From: an uncultured virus (IMG/VR IMGVR_UViG_3300027969_000094)
Lineage: Duplodnaviria > Heunggongvirae > Uroviricota > Caudoviricetes
IMG/VR virus record: IMGVR_UViG_3300027969_000094
DNA: 64,000 bases
Reading direction: 5' to 3' (one strand)
The notes under the pieces were generated by a model. It saw only the letters and a list, made by a program, of their open reading frames with translations, had not been told where the DNA came from and made no database searches. The position numbers and the translations under genes were made by a program. Positions 1 to 6,888 of the stretch are shown here, piece by piece (position 1 is the first letter of the stretch; every line of letters starts with the position of its first letter).

Positions 1-22
1 TCTGACCCTTGCAGTTTTCGCA

Positions 23-52
23 AGTATATAGTGGATTTTAATTTTTTGTAAA
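23..52 (-). promoter_or_regulatory. Leftward sigma70-like promoter
   Basis: Minus strand TTTACA-18 nt-TATACT, pointing out of the window. Confidence 0.5.
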
Positions 53-140
53 GAAAATTTTGACGATTGTAAAGAACTTGGTGGGGTGGAAATCTACCGT
101 GCCCACCCCCCGCACGACTCACGTGAAGAGTGAGGTTAGT

Positions 141-329
141 TTACTTGCTTTCGCTTATAAACTTATTCATCTCCGCAGCTCGATCAAGAATATCTTGAAA
201 GGAAGGAAACTTAGGGGGTTCACCAGCTTTACCAAGTAAATCCCAAACTTGCATTGTGGCGTGAAACTGCCCCTCTAGCATGCTTTTAGCGGACTCAAGT
301 AGCTGATAACGTAGTTCAAATGGATTCAT
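141..329 (-). CDS. Small hypothetical phage protein (62 aa, MNPFELRY...)
   Basis: ORF with AGGAG RBS upstream of ATG at 329. Confidence 0.7.
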   Translation of the reverse strand: MNPFELRYQLLESAKSMLEGQFHATMQVWDLLGKAGEPPKFPSFQDILDRAAEMNKFISESK

Positions 330-532
330 AATAAAACTCCTGTGTGTTGTGTGTATGAGCAAAAGCGCTCAGAAGTAGTATACACATTTTTTAGATTTGG
401 GACTCCTATAGGGGGGTGTTTCTGTGGCTCAAACACATACCGTTCAGGCTAAAAAAGTAAGGGGGGTAGGGTATGTCCCTATTTATATGTCAAGTTAACA
501 ATGTTTGAAGGCCGTGTGTTCGAGAAAAAAAG

Positions 533-563
533 CTATATAACATAAGGCTTGCAGGGCGATTTT
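533..563 (+). repeat. 31-bp imperfect direct repeat, copy 1
   Basis: ctatataacataaggcttgcagggcgatttt; 28/31 identical to 3866-3896. Confidence 0.85.
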
Positions 564-703
564 GCGTTCACCACTTACGACGTACTTAAGTTATGAATTT
601 GAGAATTTTGTAGAGTTATTTGTGCGTTGTTTGGGGTATGGGGCAAGGGAGGGGACCCAAATGAAATTCGGGGTGGTGGGGGTCGATATATACGCGCCCA
701 AAC

Positions 704-732
704 TTTACATAAGGGGATACCATGCGTATAAC
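704..732 (+). promoter_or_regulatory. Early sigma70-like promoter P1
   Basis: TTTACA-17-TATAAC; shares AACTTTACWTAAGGGG with P2 and P3. Confidence 0.8.
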
Positions 733-787
733 TTAAATCATGGTAAGCAATCAAGCAAACCATATGACTAACTACAAGGAGAATGTC

Positions 788-1027
788 ATGCAAGTAACAT
801 GTACCCCACGCAATGAACTTGAAACCCAAGGCACATTGACCATATCAATGGTAGTAACAGTCCCACAACTTAGCAATCGTAGTAGGACTAAGAACGTAAC
901 ACTAGCACGTTATCACTACGTTAATAAGAACGATGCAAAGGAATTGAAAGCTAAGTTCTTACACGCTAATGATGAACTGATTCCTGATTTCATTACCGCT
1001 AAATGGGAATTCGTAGAGTATCTCTAA
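788..1027 (+). CDS. Hypothetical early protein
   Basis: ORF with AAGGAG RBS before ATG 788. Confidence 0.7.
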   Translation: MQVTCTPRNELETQGTLTISMVVTVPQLSNRSRTKNVTLARYHYVNKNDAKELKAKFLHANDELIPDFITAKWEFVEYL

Positions 1028-1034
1028 CCAACAC

Positions 1035-1052
1035 GGGGGACGAAAGTCCCCC
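1035..1052 (+). other. GC-rich hairpin with GAAA tetraloop (no U-tract)
   Basis: gggggac-gaaa-gtccccc between two genes. Confidence 0.6.
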
Positions 1053-1073
1053 ACTAATTAAGGAGCAATCAAA

Positions 1074-1238
1074 ATGAATAACAAATCAATAATTGACCAA
1101 CTAAATGAATTACGGGACAAAGAAACACCCGAGCAACGCAAGGCATTCTTTGAGGCAGAGCAACGCTACATGGCAGAGCAAGAGAGGTTAGCTGATCTTG
1201 CTCATGAGTTATACATCGCACAACGCTATATGAAATAA
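1074..1238 (+). CDS. Small hypothetical protein (54 aa), not in ORF track
   Basis: AAGGAG RBS; MNNKSIIDQL...QRYMK. Confidence 0.65.
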   Translation: MNNKSIIDQLNELRDKETPEQRKAFFEAEQRYMAEQERLADLAHELYIAQRYMK

Positions 1239-1248
1239 GGAGCTAATC

Positions 1249-1422
1249 ATGCTTACATTCAAATCTATTCTGTTTTTATGCTTTACATTCACTGTTGCAT
1301 TCTGTTTCTTTATCACTAACACATGGGTACACGGTGGATTGTTGTATATCGGAGGCACTGTAGTTTCTACTATTGCCATCACAATGTTGTTTTTCTTTAA
1401 GGAGTGTGAAGATGCGAGCTAA
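1249..1422 (+). CDS. Small membrane protein (57 aa, two hydrophobic segments), not in ORF track
   Basis: AAGGAG RBS; MLTFKSILFLCFTFTVAFCFF... Confidence 0.6.
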   Translation: MLTFKSILFLCFTFTVAFCFFITNTWVHGGLLYIGGTVVSTIAITMLFFFKECEDAS

Positions 1423-1735
1423 TATCCTACCTACTTGGACTGCTATCAATAAGCATATAGCTAGTACTAAAGACCATTGCAATATTGCTACGCCAATCGA
1501 ATGTACTGACGGTTTCACCATGTCAGTACAGGCAAGTAAGCACCATTACTCAACGCCTCGTGCTGATAACACTACAGCATATATACAGTATGAGGTAGGT
1601 TATCCAAGCCAGCGTGAAGAGCTACTCATGCCTTTTCATGAGTGCGAAGACAGCACAGTATTCTGTTGGGTTCCTGCTGAGGTAATCATTCAAGTGATAC
1701 TTAAGCACGGTGGAATGTGTAGCGATTCCTTGTAG
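1412..1735 (+). CDS. Hypothetical phage protein (DGFTMSVQAS..HYS.P motif)
   Basis: AAGGAG RBS, ATG 1412, followed by a terminator. Confidence 0.7.
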   Translation: MRANILPTWTAINKHIASTKDHCNIATPIECTDGFTMSVQASKHHYSTPRADNTTAYIQYEVGYPSQREELLMPFHECEDSTVFCWVPAEVIIQVILKHGGMCSDSL

Positions 1736-1740
1736 CACCT

Positions 1741-1770
1741 AGCCGACCCCGAAGGGTCGGCTTTCTTTTT
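1741..1770 (+). terminator. Rho-independent terminator
   Basis: agccgaccc-cgaa-gggtcggct followed by T-tract. Confidence 0.85.
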
Positions 1771-1777
1771 GCCTTTT

Positions 1778-1811
1778 GAAACCAGTTATTTGTCCTCGAG
1801 CACACAGCGAG
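1778..1811 (+). repeat. Motif A copy 1 (GAAACCAGTTATKTGTCCTCG + hairpin)
   Basis: 21-nt motif repeated at 2688 and 3469. Confidence 0.9.
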
Positions 1812-1856
1812 CGTGTAGCCAAGGGCGTTGCGTAGCTATTCATGCGGGCGTGAAAC

Positions 1857-1885
1857 TTTACTTAAGGGGCTTGTGAGCGTATAAC
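1857..1885 (+). promoter_or_regulatory. Early sigma70-like promoter P2
   Basis: TTTACT-17-TATAAC. Confidence 0.8.
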
Positions 1886-1949
1886 TAAATCATGGTTAGG
1901 CAATTCGGTTTAACCATGCAGTACTTTATTTTTATAAGGAGAAGTCATC

Positions 1950-2600
1950 ATGGCTAAATCTAGCCCTGCATTACCCGTAGTAGATTCATTCGAGATCACC
2001 AGCCTCAAGGATGGTGCGTATAAACAAGCGGTCGCAACTGACCGCATGCGTAGCGTTGCTCGTTATGTAATGGCTCAGAGCAAGTCGTTTCCTGAGTCAG
2101 TACCTGACGAAATTAAAGAGCAACTGTATGAAGGTTATCGTCTCCGCTTTAATGAGATCAACATGCCTGAGAAATACGCAGTTGTTAACGATCACTACTT
2201 ACTCATTGATGGATCGAATCCTGATCTTGAAAACGAGCGTGAAAAGGTGATTATCGGTGTTGATTACTGCTACGCATACAGTCAGCAACAGTACGGGAAA
2301 CTCAAGAATGAGAATCCTAATCTACACGCTCTGATTAAAGGGTGGAGAGATCGTACTAGTTCTTATTGCTCTAATCGTTTAGCTGACCTAAAGCGTCAGG
2401 CTCGTGTCATCATGAATGAAGGTAAAACGAGAGAGCGTACTGCAACAATTGATTTTGCTCAGCGTGTCACCGAGACATTCAAGGGCGATCAAGGGTTAGT
2501 AGTTAAGTGTAAGAATGCTATTGCTCGTGGTGACAATACTGCGAATGAGGCAAAACTCAAAACCGCTATTGACGCATTCATGGTGAAGTGGAATGCCTAA
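1950..2600 (+). CDS. Hypothetical early protein, paralog of 2833-3414
   Basis: Strong RBS; shares EITSLKD, ES.PDEI, LRFNE, KGWRD, SNR..DLKR blocks with the next gene. Confidence 0.85.
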   Translation: MAKSSPALPVVDSFEITSLKDGAYKQAVATDRMRSVARYVMAQSKSFPESVPDEIKEQLYEGYRLRFNEINMPEKYAVVNDHYLLIDGSNPDLENEREKVIIGVDYCYAYSQQQYGKLKNENPNLHALIKGWRDRTSSYCSNRLADLKRQARVIMNEGKTRERTATIDFAQRVTETFKGDQGLVVKCKNAIARGDNTANEAKLKTAIDAFMVKWNA

Positions 2601-2631
2601 GTAGTATTCGGGGATAGTGAATCCCCCCAAT

Positions 2632-2659
2632 AAGCCACCCTTCGGGGTGGCTTTTTTTT
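2632..2659 (+). terminator. Rho-independent terminator
   Basis: aagccaccc-ttcg-gggtggctt followed by T-tract. Confidence 0.9.
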
Positions 2660-2687
2660 CGCCTAAATTTTACAAGCCCCCCAATTT

Positions 2688-2722
2688 GAAACCAGTTATT
2701 TGTCCTCGCGCGCACACCGAGG
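2688..2722 (+). repeat. Motif A copy 2
   Basis: gaaaccagttatttgtcctcg...cgagg. Confidence 0.9.
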
Positions 2723-2728
2723 GCGTGG

Positions 2729-2758
2729 CTAATTAGAGTTCCATACCATAGTGGAACT
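2729..2758 (+). promoter_or_regulatory. Motif B site (CTAWTTAG-N4-CCAY-N6-GTGGA)
   Basis: ctaattagagttccataccatagtggaact, abutting the -35 of P3. Confidence 0.75.
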
Positions 2759-2786
2759 TTACATAAGGGGTTCTGTCCTGTAGAAC
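2758..2786 (+). promoter_or_regulatory. Early sigma70-like promoter P3
   Basis: TTTACA-17-TAGAAC. Confidence 0.7.
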
Positions 2787-2832
2787 TGTAAGTAATGAAG
2801 CAATAGTGCTTCAGAAAATGAAAGGACATATT

Positions 2833-3414
2833 ATGTCTAAGAAAGTTGAAATAACATCCTTAAAGGATGCGTCTTACCAAGGTTGTATCAGTGCAGAACG
2901 TGGTGTATCAATCGGTAGGTTCATACATGAGAAGTGCCCGACGTTCTTAGAGTCCATTCCCGATGAGATAAGGGCAGAACTCGAAGAGGGGCAGATGTTA
3001 CGTTTTAATGAACTCAACCCTGCCCAACACTATACCGATAATTGGACACCTTGCGAAGAGGGAACAAAGGGTTCTAAACGTGTAGACATTAATGTAGTGA
3101 TGGCTTATTCATCCCAAGCATTTGGTAACTTCCGCAATGATGAACCTATCAAGCATGGTATTCATAAGGGATGGCGGGACGATTGGTCGGACTATAAGTC
3201 CAATCGCATGAAGGACTTGAAGAGATACGTTAAACAGTATCTAGATAGTTTGGCGGGTAAAAAGCGGGAACGTGCCGTTACTAAGGACTTTGCCTTGTGG
3301 CTTAAGGAAGATGTCTTAGCAAGTATCAAAGCAAGGGCTAAGACGGCTAAGGGTAGAGGGGATACTACAGTAGACGATGCTGTAGTGAATGCGATAGCTA
3401 AAGCTATCAAGTAG
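2833..3414 (+). CDS. Hypothetical early protein, paralog of 1950-2600
   Basis: AAGGA RBS, ATG 2833; visible alignment with the preceding gene. Confidence 0.85.
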   Translation: MSKKVEITSLKDASYQGCISAERGVSIGRFIHEKCPTFLESIPDEIRAELEEGQMLRFNELNPAQHYTDNWTPCEEGTKGSKRVDINVVMAYSSQAFGNFRNDEPIKHGIHKGWRDDWSDYKSNRMKDLKRYVKQYLDSLAGKKRERAVTKDFALWLKEDVLASIKARAKTAKGRGDTTVDDAVVNAIAKAIK

Positions 3415-3418
3415 GACT

Positions 3419-3454
3419 AGGGGATGGGGCTAAATTGCCCTGTCCCCTTTTTTT
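3419..3454 (+). terminator. Rho-independent terminator
   Basis: aggggatggggc-taaatt-gccctgtcccct followed by T-tract. Confidence 0.8.
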
Positions 3455-3468
3455 GCGTTTGCTAAACA

Positions 3469-3505
3469 GAAACCAGTTATGTGTCCTCGCGCGCGTGTAC
3501 GAGGG
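3469..3505 (+). repeat. Motif A copy 3
   Basis: gaaaccagttatgtgtcctcg...cgagg (one substitution). Confidence 0.9.
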
Positions 3506-3530
3506 AATTCCCCATGCCAACACAAGGTCA

Positions 3531-3560
3531 CTATTTAGCTTTCCACGGTCTAGTGGAATT
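3531..3560 (+). promoter_or_regulatory. Motif B site
   Basis: ctatttagctttccacggtctagtggaatt. Confidence 0.75.
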
Positions 3561-3660
3561 GGACTGTGCATCATTTAGAATTCTAAGAACTGACAGGGTT
3601 AGATTAAATTCCAAAAACCTATTCAGAACTTTTTTACCTGTTTGGAATTTTTTTGCCTTG

Positions 3661-3673
3661 TAACACTTTGATT
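3661..3673 (-). promoter_or_regulatory. IHF consensus site inside an inverted repeat
   Basis: Minus strand AATCAAAGTGTTA matches WATCAANNNNTTR; flanked by ccttgtaa/ttacaagg. Confidence 0.5.
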
Positions 3674-3865
3674 TACAAGGACATTCTAAAAAAATTCCAA
3701 AATTCCAACTTTTTTTAGGAGGGGGTCGGGTAAATTGAGAAAAAAGAGGGAGAGCAAGGGTTGCTCAGCCAGTGCAACTTTTAACTGCAAGGTAACGTCT
3801 CCCCCTAATCCTGTTTGGAATTTTGGAATTTTTCTATTATTTATTATTTATTATTACTACTACTA

Positions 3866-3896
3866 CTATATAACATAAGGCTTTCAGCCCGATTTT
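3866..3896 (+). repeat. 31-bp imperfect direct repeat, copy 2
   Basis: ctatataacataaggctttcagcccgatttt. Confidence 0.85.
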
Positions 3897-3990
3897 TACC
3901 CCGTTAAAAAAATTCCAAAACGCTTTTTAAACTTGGAATTTTTCTAGAATTTTTTAGCCCATTTTGGAATTTTTACCCCCAGCCTCGTAT

Positions 3991-4039
3991 AAAAAAGTCA
4001 TACAAGACCATTGACCGAAATGTAAAGTTAAAGTATAAT
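3991..4039 (+). promoter_or_regulatory. Strong sigma70 promoter P4 with conserved upstream element
   Basis: AAAAAAGTCATACAAGACCA-TTGACC-17-TATAAT. Confidence 0.85.
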
Positions 4040-4092
4040 AGTCTTGTCGATGGGGAAGAAACCAACGCAGAACACCGCAGACCTCACCGACA

Positions 4093-4122
4093 CTATTTAG
4101 CTTTCCACGATGTAGTGGAATT
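4093..4122 (+). promoter_or_regulatory. Motif B site
   Basis: ctatttagctttccacgatgtagtggaatt. Confidence 0.75.
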
Positions 4123-4150
4123 TGTTTTAACTCTAATCAAGGAGAAGTAC

Positions 4151-4342
4151 ATGGGCAAACTAAAGCAAGCCTTAATCGTTTTCGAAGAGCAACGTGCTGG
4201 CAAAGGAAGCAAGGAATTAGATCCACGCTATCGTGGAATGGTAGATAGCGACGAAGAGTGGGCAATCTACGAAGCAGAGTTCAACGACTGGCTCGACAAG
4301 TACGAAGCATCGTTCGGTGATGAGAAAGGGTATCTACCATGA
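4151..4342 (+). CDS. Small acidic hypothetical protein
   Basis: AAGGAG RBS, ATG 4151. Confidence 0.7.
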   Translation: MGKLKQALIVFEEQRAGKGSKELDPRYRGMVDSDEEWAIYEAEFNDWLDKYEASFGDEKGYLP

Positions 4343-4539
4343 GTATCAATCTTGATGCGTGGTTAGACCACGAATGGGCGAAAGCCTGTGAAGCAGACGA
4401 TGCGGAGGAGGGCATGATTCAGTATTGGGGTGAGCGTTGTCCCGACTACGACAGACAATGCCCGACTTGCCAAGCATGGAAAGAGTTTGAAGCGTCAGGC
4501 GAAATCGTTAAGACCTATAAGGAGTTCGACCATGATTGA
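4339..4539 (+). CDS. Small Cys-containing hypothetical protein
   Basis: ATGA overlap; CPD...CPTC. Confidence 0.65.
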   Translation: MSINLDAWLDHEWAKACEADDAEEGMIQYWGERCPDYDRQCPTCQAWKEFEASGEIVKTYKEFDHD

Positions 4540-4750
4540 TGAGACTTTTAACCCACAGTGCAAGCTATGTGGCGACATCTACGATGAGCAACGGTTTCGA
4601 CTGGGCTACGCAGTTTGTTGTCCATGCGGTGATGAAATCGCAAAGAAGGTGAACACCAAGCGGACAGTCGTACCCATGAACAAATCGAACTACATGATGG
4701 TAACGGATATGACTATTCTTAAACAACTTAACCCAAAGAGGACAACATGA
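4532..4750 (+). CDS. Small zinc-finger-like protein
   Basis: CKLC...CCPC; AAGGAG RBS before ATG 4532. Confidence 0.65.
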   Translation: MIDETFNPQCKLCGDIYDEQRFRLGYAVCCPCGDEIAKKVNTKRTVVPMNKSNYMMVTDMTILKQLNPKRTT

Positions 4751-4983
4751 TAGTCGGCAAGCGGAAGGAAAAGGAATTGGGGATTAGGTGGAATCGCACC
4801 AATCGTTCAAAGGAATATAGGGGTAAGCGAGTCAAACCCTTGACTGCTAGTTTGTATGCTAAGAACGATAGGCAATATAGACGCTATCGTGGTGGGTTGA
4901 ATGAGTCTATCGTTCATGTAGTTTGCCTAAGACTTAATCGACCAGTAGATGTCCCAATGTGTCCAATGAGGAGATGGAAATGA
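4747..4983 (+). CDS. Small basic hypothetical protein
   Basis: ATGA overlaps at both ends. Confidence 0.6.
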   Translation: MIVGKRKEKELGIRWNRTNRSKEYRGKRVKPLTASLYAKNDRQYRRYRGGLNESIVHVVCLRLNRPVDVPMCPMRRWK

Positions 4984-5171
4984 AAGGCGAAGATAAGATA
5001 TTCCTACTGGAAGTTATCAATGCGGTGCGTTCGGGGGGTAACGAGATGGCTAGGTTTCTACTAGATAGTGGAAACATAGATAGGATTATCCGTATCAAAC
5101 GAGAGGTGGGTGCGGATGAACTAGACCGAGAGTTAATCAAATTGAAGGAGGTGGTGTATGAAAGTCATTAA
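4980..5171 (+). CDS. Hypothetical protein
   Basis: GAGGAG RBS, ATGA overlap. Confidence 0.6.
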   Translation: MKGEDKIFLLEVINAVRSGGNEMARFLLDSGNIDRIIRIKREVGADELDRELIKLKEVVYESH

Positions 5172-5352
5172 GTTATATCGCAAGCCCGACAAGCCCGAGT
5201 TCTACAAGCTGGTGCGAAGCGATGCCCATTCTCTATTAGTTCATTACCCGATAGACGTATGCAATCGCAAGCGACAGTCGAGGTGGTTTTACTTTGATGA
5301 AGTGTACGTGGACTGGGTTAGAACATTCATAGGGGAAGAGCATGGGGTATAG
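5158..5352 (+). CDS. Hypothetical protein
   Basis: GGAGG RBS. Confidence 0.65.
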   Translation: MKVIKLYRKPDKPEFYKLVRSDAHSLLVHYPIDVCNRKRQSRWFYFDEVYVDWVRTFIGEEHGV

Positions 5353-5776
5353 ATCAACAGTTGCATATTCAATAAGGTTTATTCCACGACTAAGTGAAAT
5401 ACAAACTACCGATGATGAGATAGAGAAAGCAAAGGCGACGTTCTTTACATTCCTAGCTGAAGCCAAGGCAAACGAAGACACGGCTGGTGCGTTCCTTGAC
5501 GAAGACCTAAAGGTAGACGAGGAGAAGTTAGCTATCTATTTCTTTGCTGACAACGTGAAATGGTACGAATCTTATGAGGATGTTAAGTGCCACGAAGCGT
5601 TACTGGATTTGTCAAAAGAGTGGGCTGACGATGGTGACTGTTCTAACCCATACATAGGCGGTGCGTTTGCACGTATCGGTGAAGAGATGGAAGATAACGT
5701 AGAAGAAGTGTGGGGTCAGGGCGACTATGACTGGATAAGTGTGCATCGTTCTATGTCATGCGATTGGATGGATTAA
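5342..5776 (+). CDS. Acidic hypothetical phage protein (MGYRS.V..., KWY, RIGEE motifs)
   Basis: 144-aa ORF coupled to the previous gene. Confidence 0.75.
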   Translation: MGYRSTVAYSIRFIPRLSEIQTTDDEIEKAKATFFTFLAEAKANEDTAGAFLDEDLKVDEEKLAIYFFADNVKWYESYEDVKCHEALLDLSKEWADDGDCSNPYIGGAFARIGEEMEDNVEEVWGQGDYDWISVHRSMSCDWMD

Positions 5777-5823
5777 AAAAGTCATACAAGACCATTGACT
5801 GAAATCATAAGTCAAGTTATAAT
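5775..5823 (+). promoter_or_regulatory. Strong sigma70 promoter P5 with the same upstream element as P4
   Basis: AAAAAAGTCATACAAGACCA-TTGACT-17-TATAAT. Confidence 0.85.
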
Positions 5824-5849
5824 ATACATACTGAAGGGAAGGAGTTTTT

Positions 5850-5936
5850 ATGAAAGACTTTTGGGGTAAGTTGTTAATCGTTGTATCGGTAGGCTATTTA
5901 GCTTACCACGTGATAGTGGATTTACTTTTAGCGTAG
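5850..5936 (+). CDS. 28-aa hydrophobic peptide (contains a motif B site)
   Basis: AAGGAG RBS; MKDFWGKLLIVVSVGYLAYHVIVDLLLA. Confidence 0.45.
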   Translation: MKDFWGKLLIVVSVGYLAYHVIVDLLLA

Positions 5937-5960
5937 TTCAATTAAACCAAGGAGAAGTGT

Positions 5961-6872
5961 ATGAACATGGAATTAACCAAACCCGATCACCTGATTAGCT
6001 TAGCTAGTTCGGCAGTCCTAGTAAGCGTAGACATCAGCGTATGGTCGGCAACCAAGCAAGACCGAGGTATCAGTGATGAGGTTACTACCTCAAAGAACGC
6101 AGACAAACACGCGGGTCGTTACGTTAAGAATCTCTTAGCTAACCATCCCAAGCATAAGGCAGTCGTTAACTATCGGCAGACCATATACAACTGGCTTCAA
6201 CGTAGGACTTACAAGTGGAATCAATCGCAGAATTTATTGCCAAGCGTAGACGTTCCCAAGTTTAAGCAAGAGTATCAAGAACACCAACTAGCTTTCCATG
6301 GTTTAGTGGATTCATTAACAACGGACTACGATTCAATCGTGTCGGACATGGCTTTCAAGCAAGGCACTATGTTCAACCGAGATGACTACCCGACTAAGGA
6401 GCAAGTTCATGCCAAGTTCAGTTTGAACCTGTATGTGTCCGAAGTTCCGATGAACGACTTTCGCTGTGGGATAGCAGAGGACATCGCTGATGACTTGTTT
6501 GCTACATACAAAAAGCAAGCGCAAGGGATTATCGAATCGATTGGGCAAGAACAGTCAGAACGGTTGCTCGAGGTAATGGAGTCCATATCTCATTGTTGTG
6601 GTCATGATGAGTCAGAGGTCAATGGCGAGGTGCGAACCAAACGTCGTAAGATTTACGATACAACGATTCAGAAAGCCCTAGAAATGTGCGAAAGTTTTAA
6701 GCGATTTAATCTTAAGAATGATTCAGGATTAGAGTCAGCACGTGCATCGCTAGAGAAAGTATTACGTGGTGTGAAGGCAGAGGACATTCGTGATTCCGAT
6801 GCAGTTCGCCATCATGTTAAGGAAGGGATAGACGATATCCTTTCTAAGTTCGGTAGTTTCAATTCAATCTAA
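5961..6872 (+). CDS. Conserved phage protein upstream of AAA/vWA pair (DUF3150-like, tentative)
   Basis: 303 aa, strong RBS; context and FNRDDYP motif. Confidence 0.6.
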   Translation: MNMELTKPDHLISLASSAVLVSVDISVWSATKQDRGISDEVTTSKNADKHAGRYVKNLLANHPKHKAVVNYRQTIYNWLQRRTYKWNQSQNLLPSVDVPKFKQEYQEHQLAFHGLVDSLTTDYDSIVSDMAFKQGTMFNRDDYPTKEQVHAKFSLNLYVSEVPMNDFRCGIAEDIADDLFATYKKQAQGIIESIGQEQSERLLEVMESISHCCGHDESEVNGEVRTKRRKIYDTTIQKALEMCESFKRFNLKNDSGLESARASLEKVLRGVKAEDIRDSDAVRHHVKEGIDDILSKFGSFNSI

Positions 6873-6888
6873 TCAAGGAGAAATACAA

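Larger units (their letters stand above)
3606..3972. repeat. Iteron-like array (9 x TTGGAATTT in both orientations) with AT-rich tract; candidate replication origin
   Basis: Copies at 3606, 3642, 3692, 3700, 3815, 3823, 3910, 3933, 3964; (TTA/TAC)n tract at 3835-3870; non-coding. Confidence 0.7.

Noticed and set aside
562..829. ORFs 562-771 (+) and 575-829 (-)
   Set aside because: No RBS; they overlap G-tracts and promoter P1
1778..3505. Motif A repeats as a CRISPR array
   Set aside because: Copies are 780-910 bp apart and separated by whole genes; no cas operon
1778..3560. Inter-cassette modules as integron attC sites
   Set aside because: No RYYYAAC...GTTRRRY bounded long palindrome and no integron integrase in the window
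3481..3663. 60-aa ORF
   Set aside because: Runs through motif A, motif B and iterons with no RBS; likely spurious
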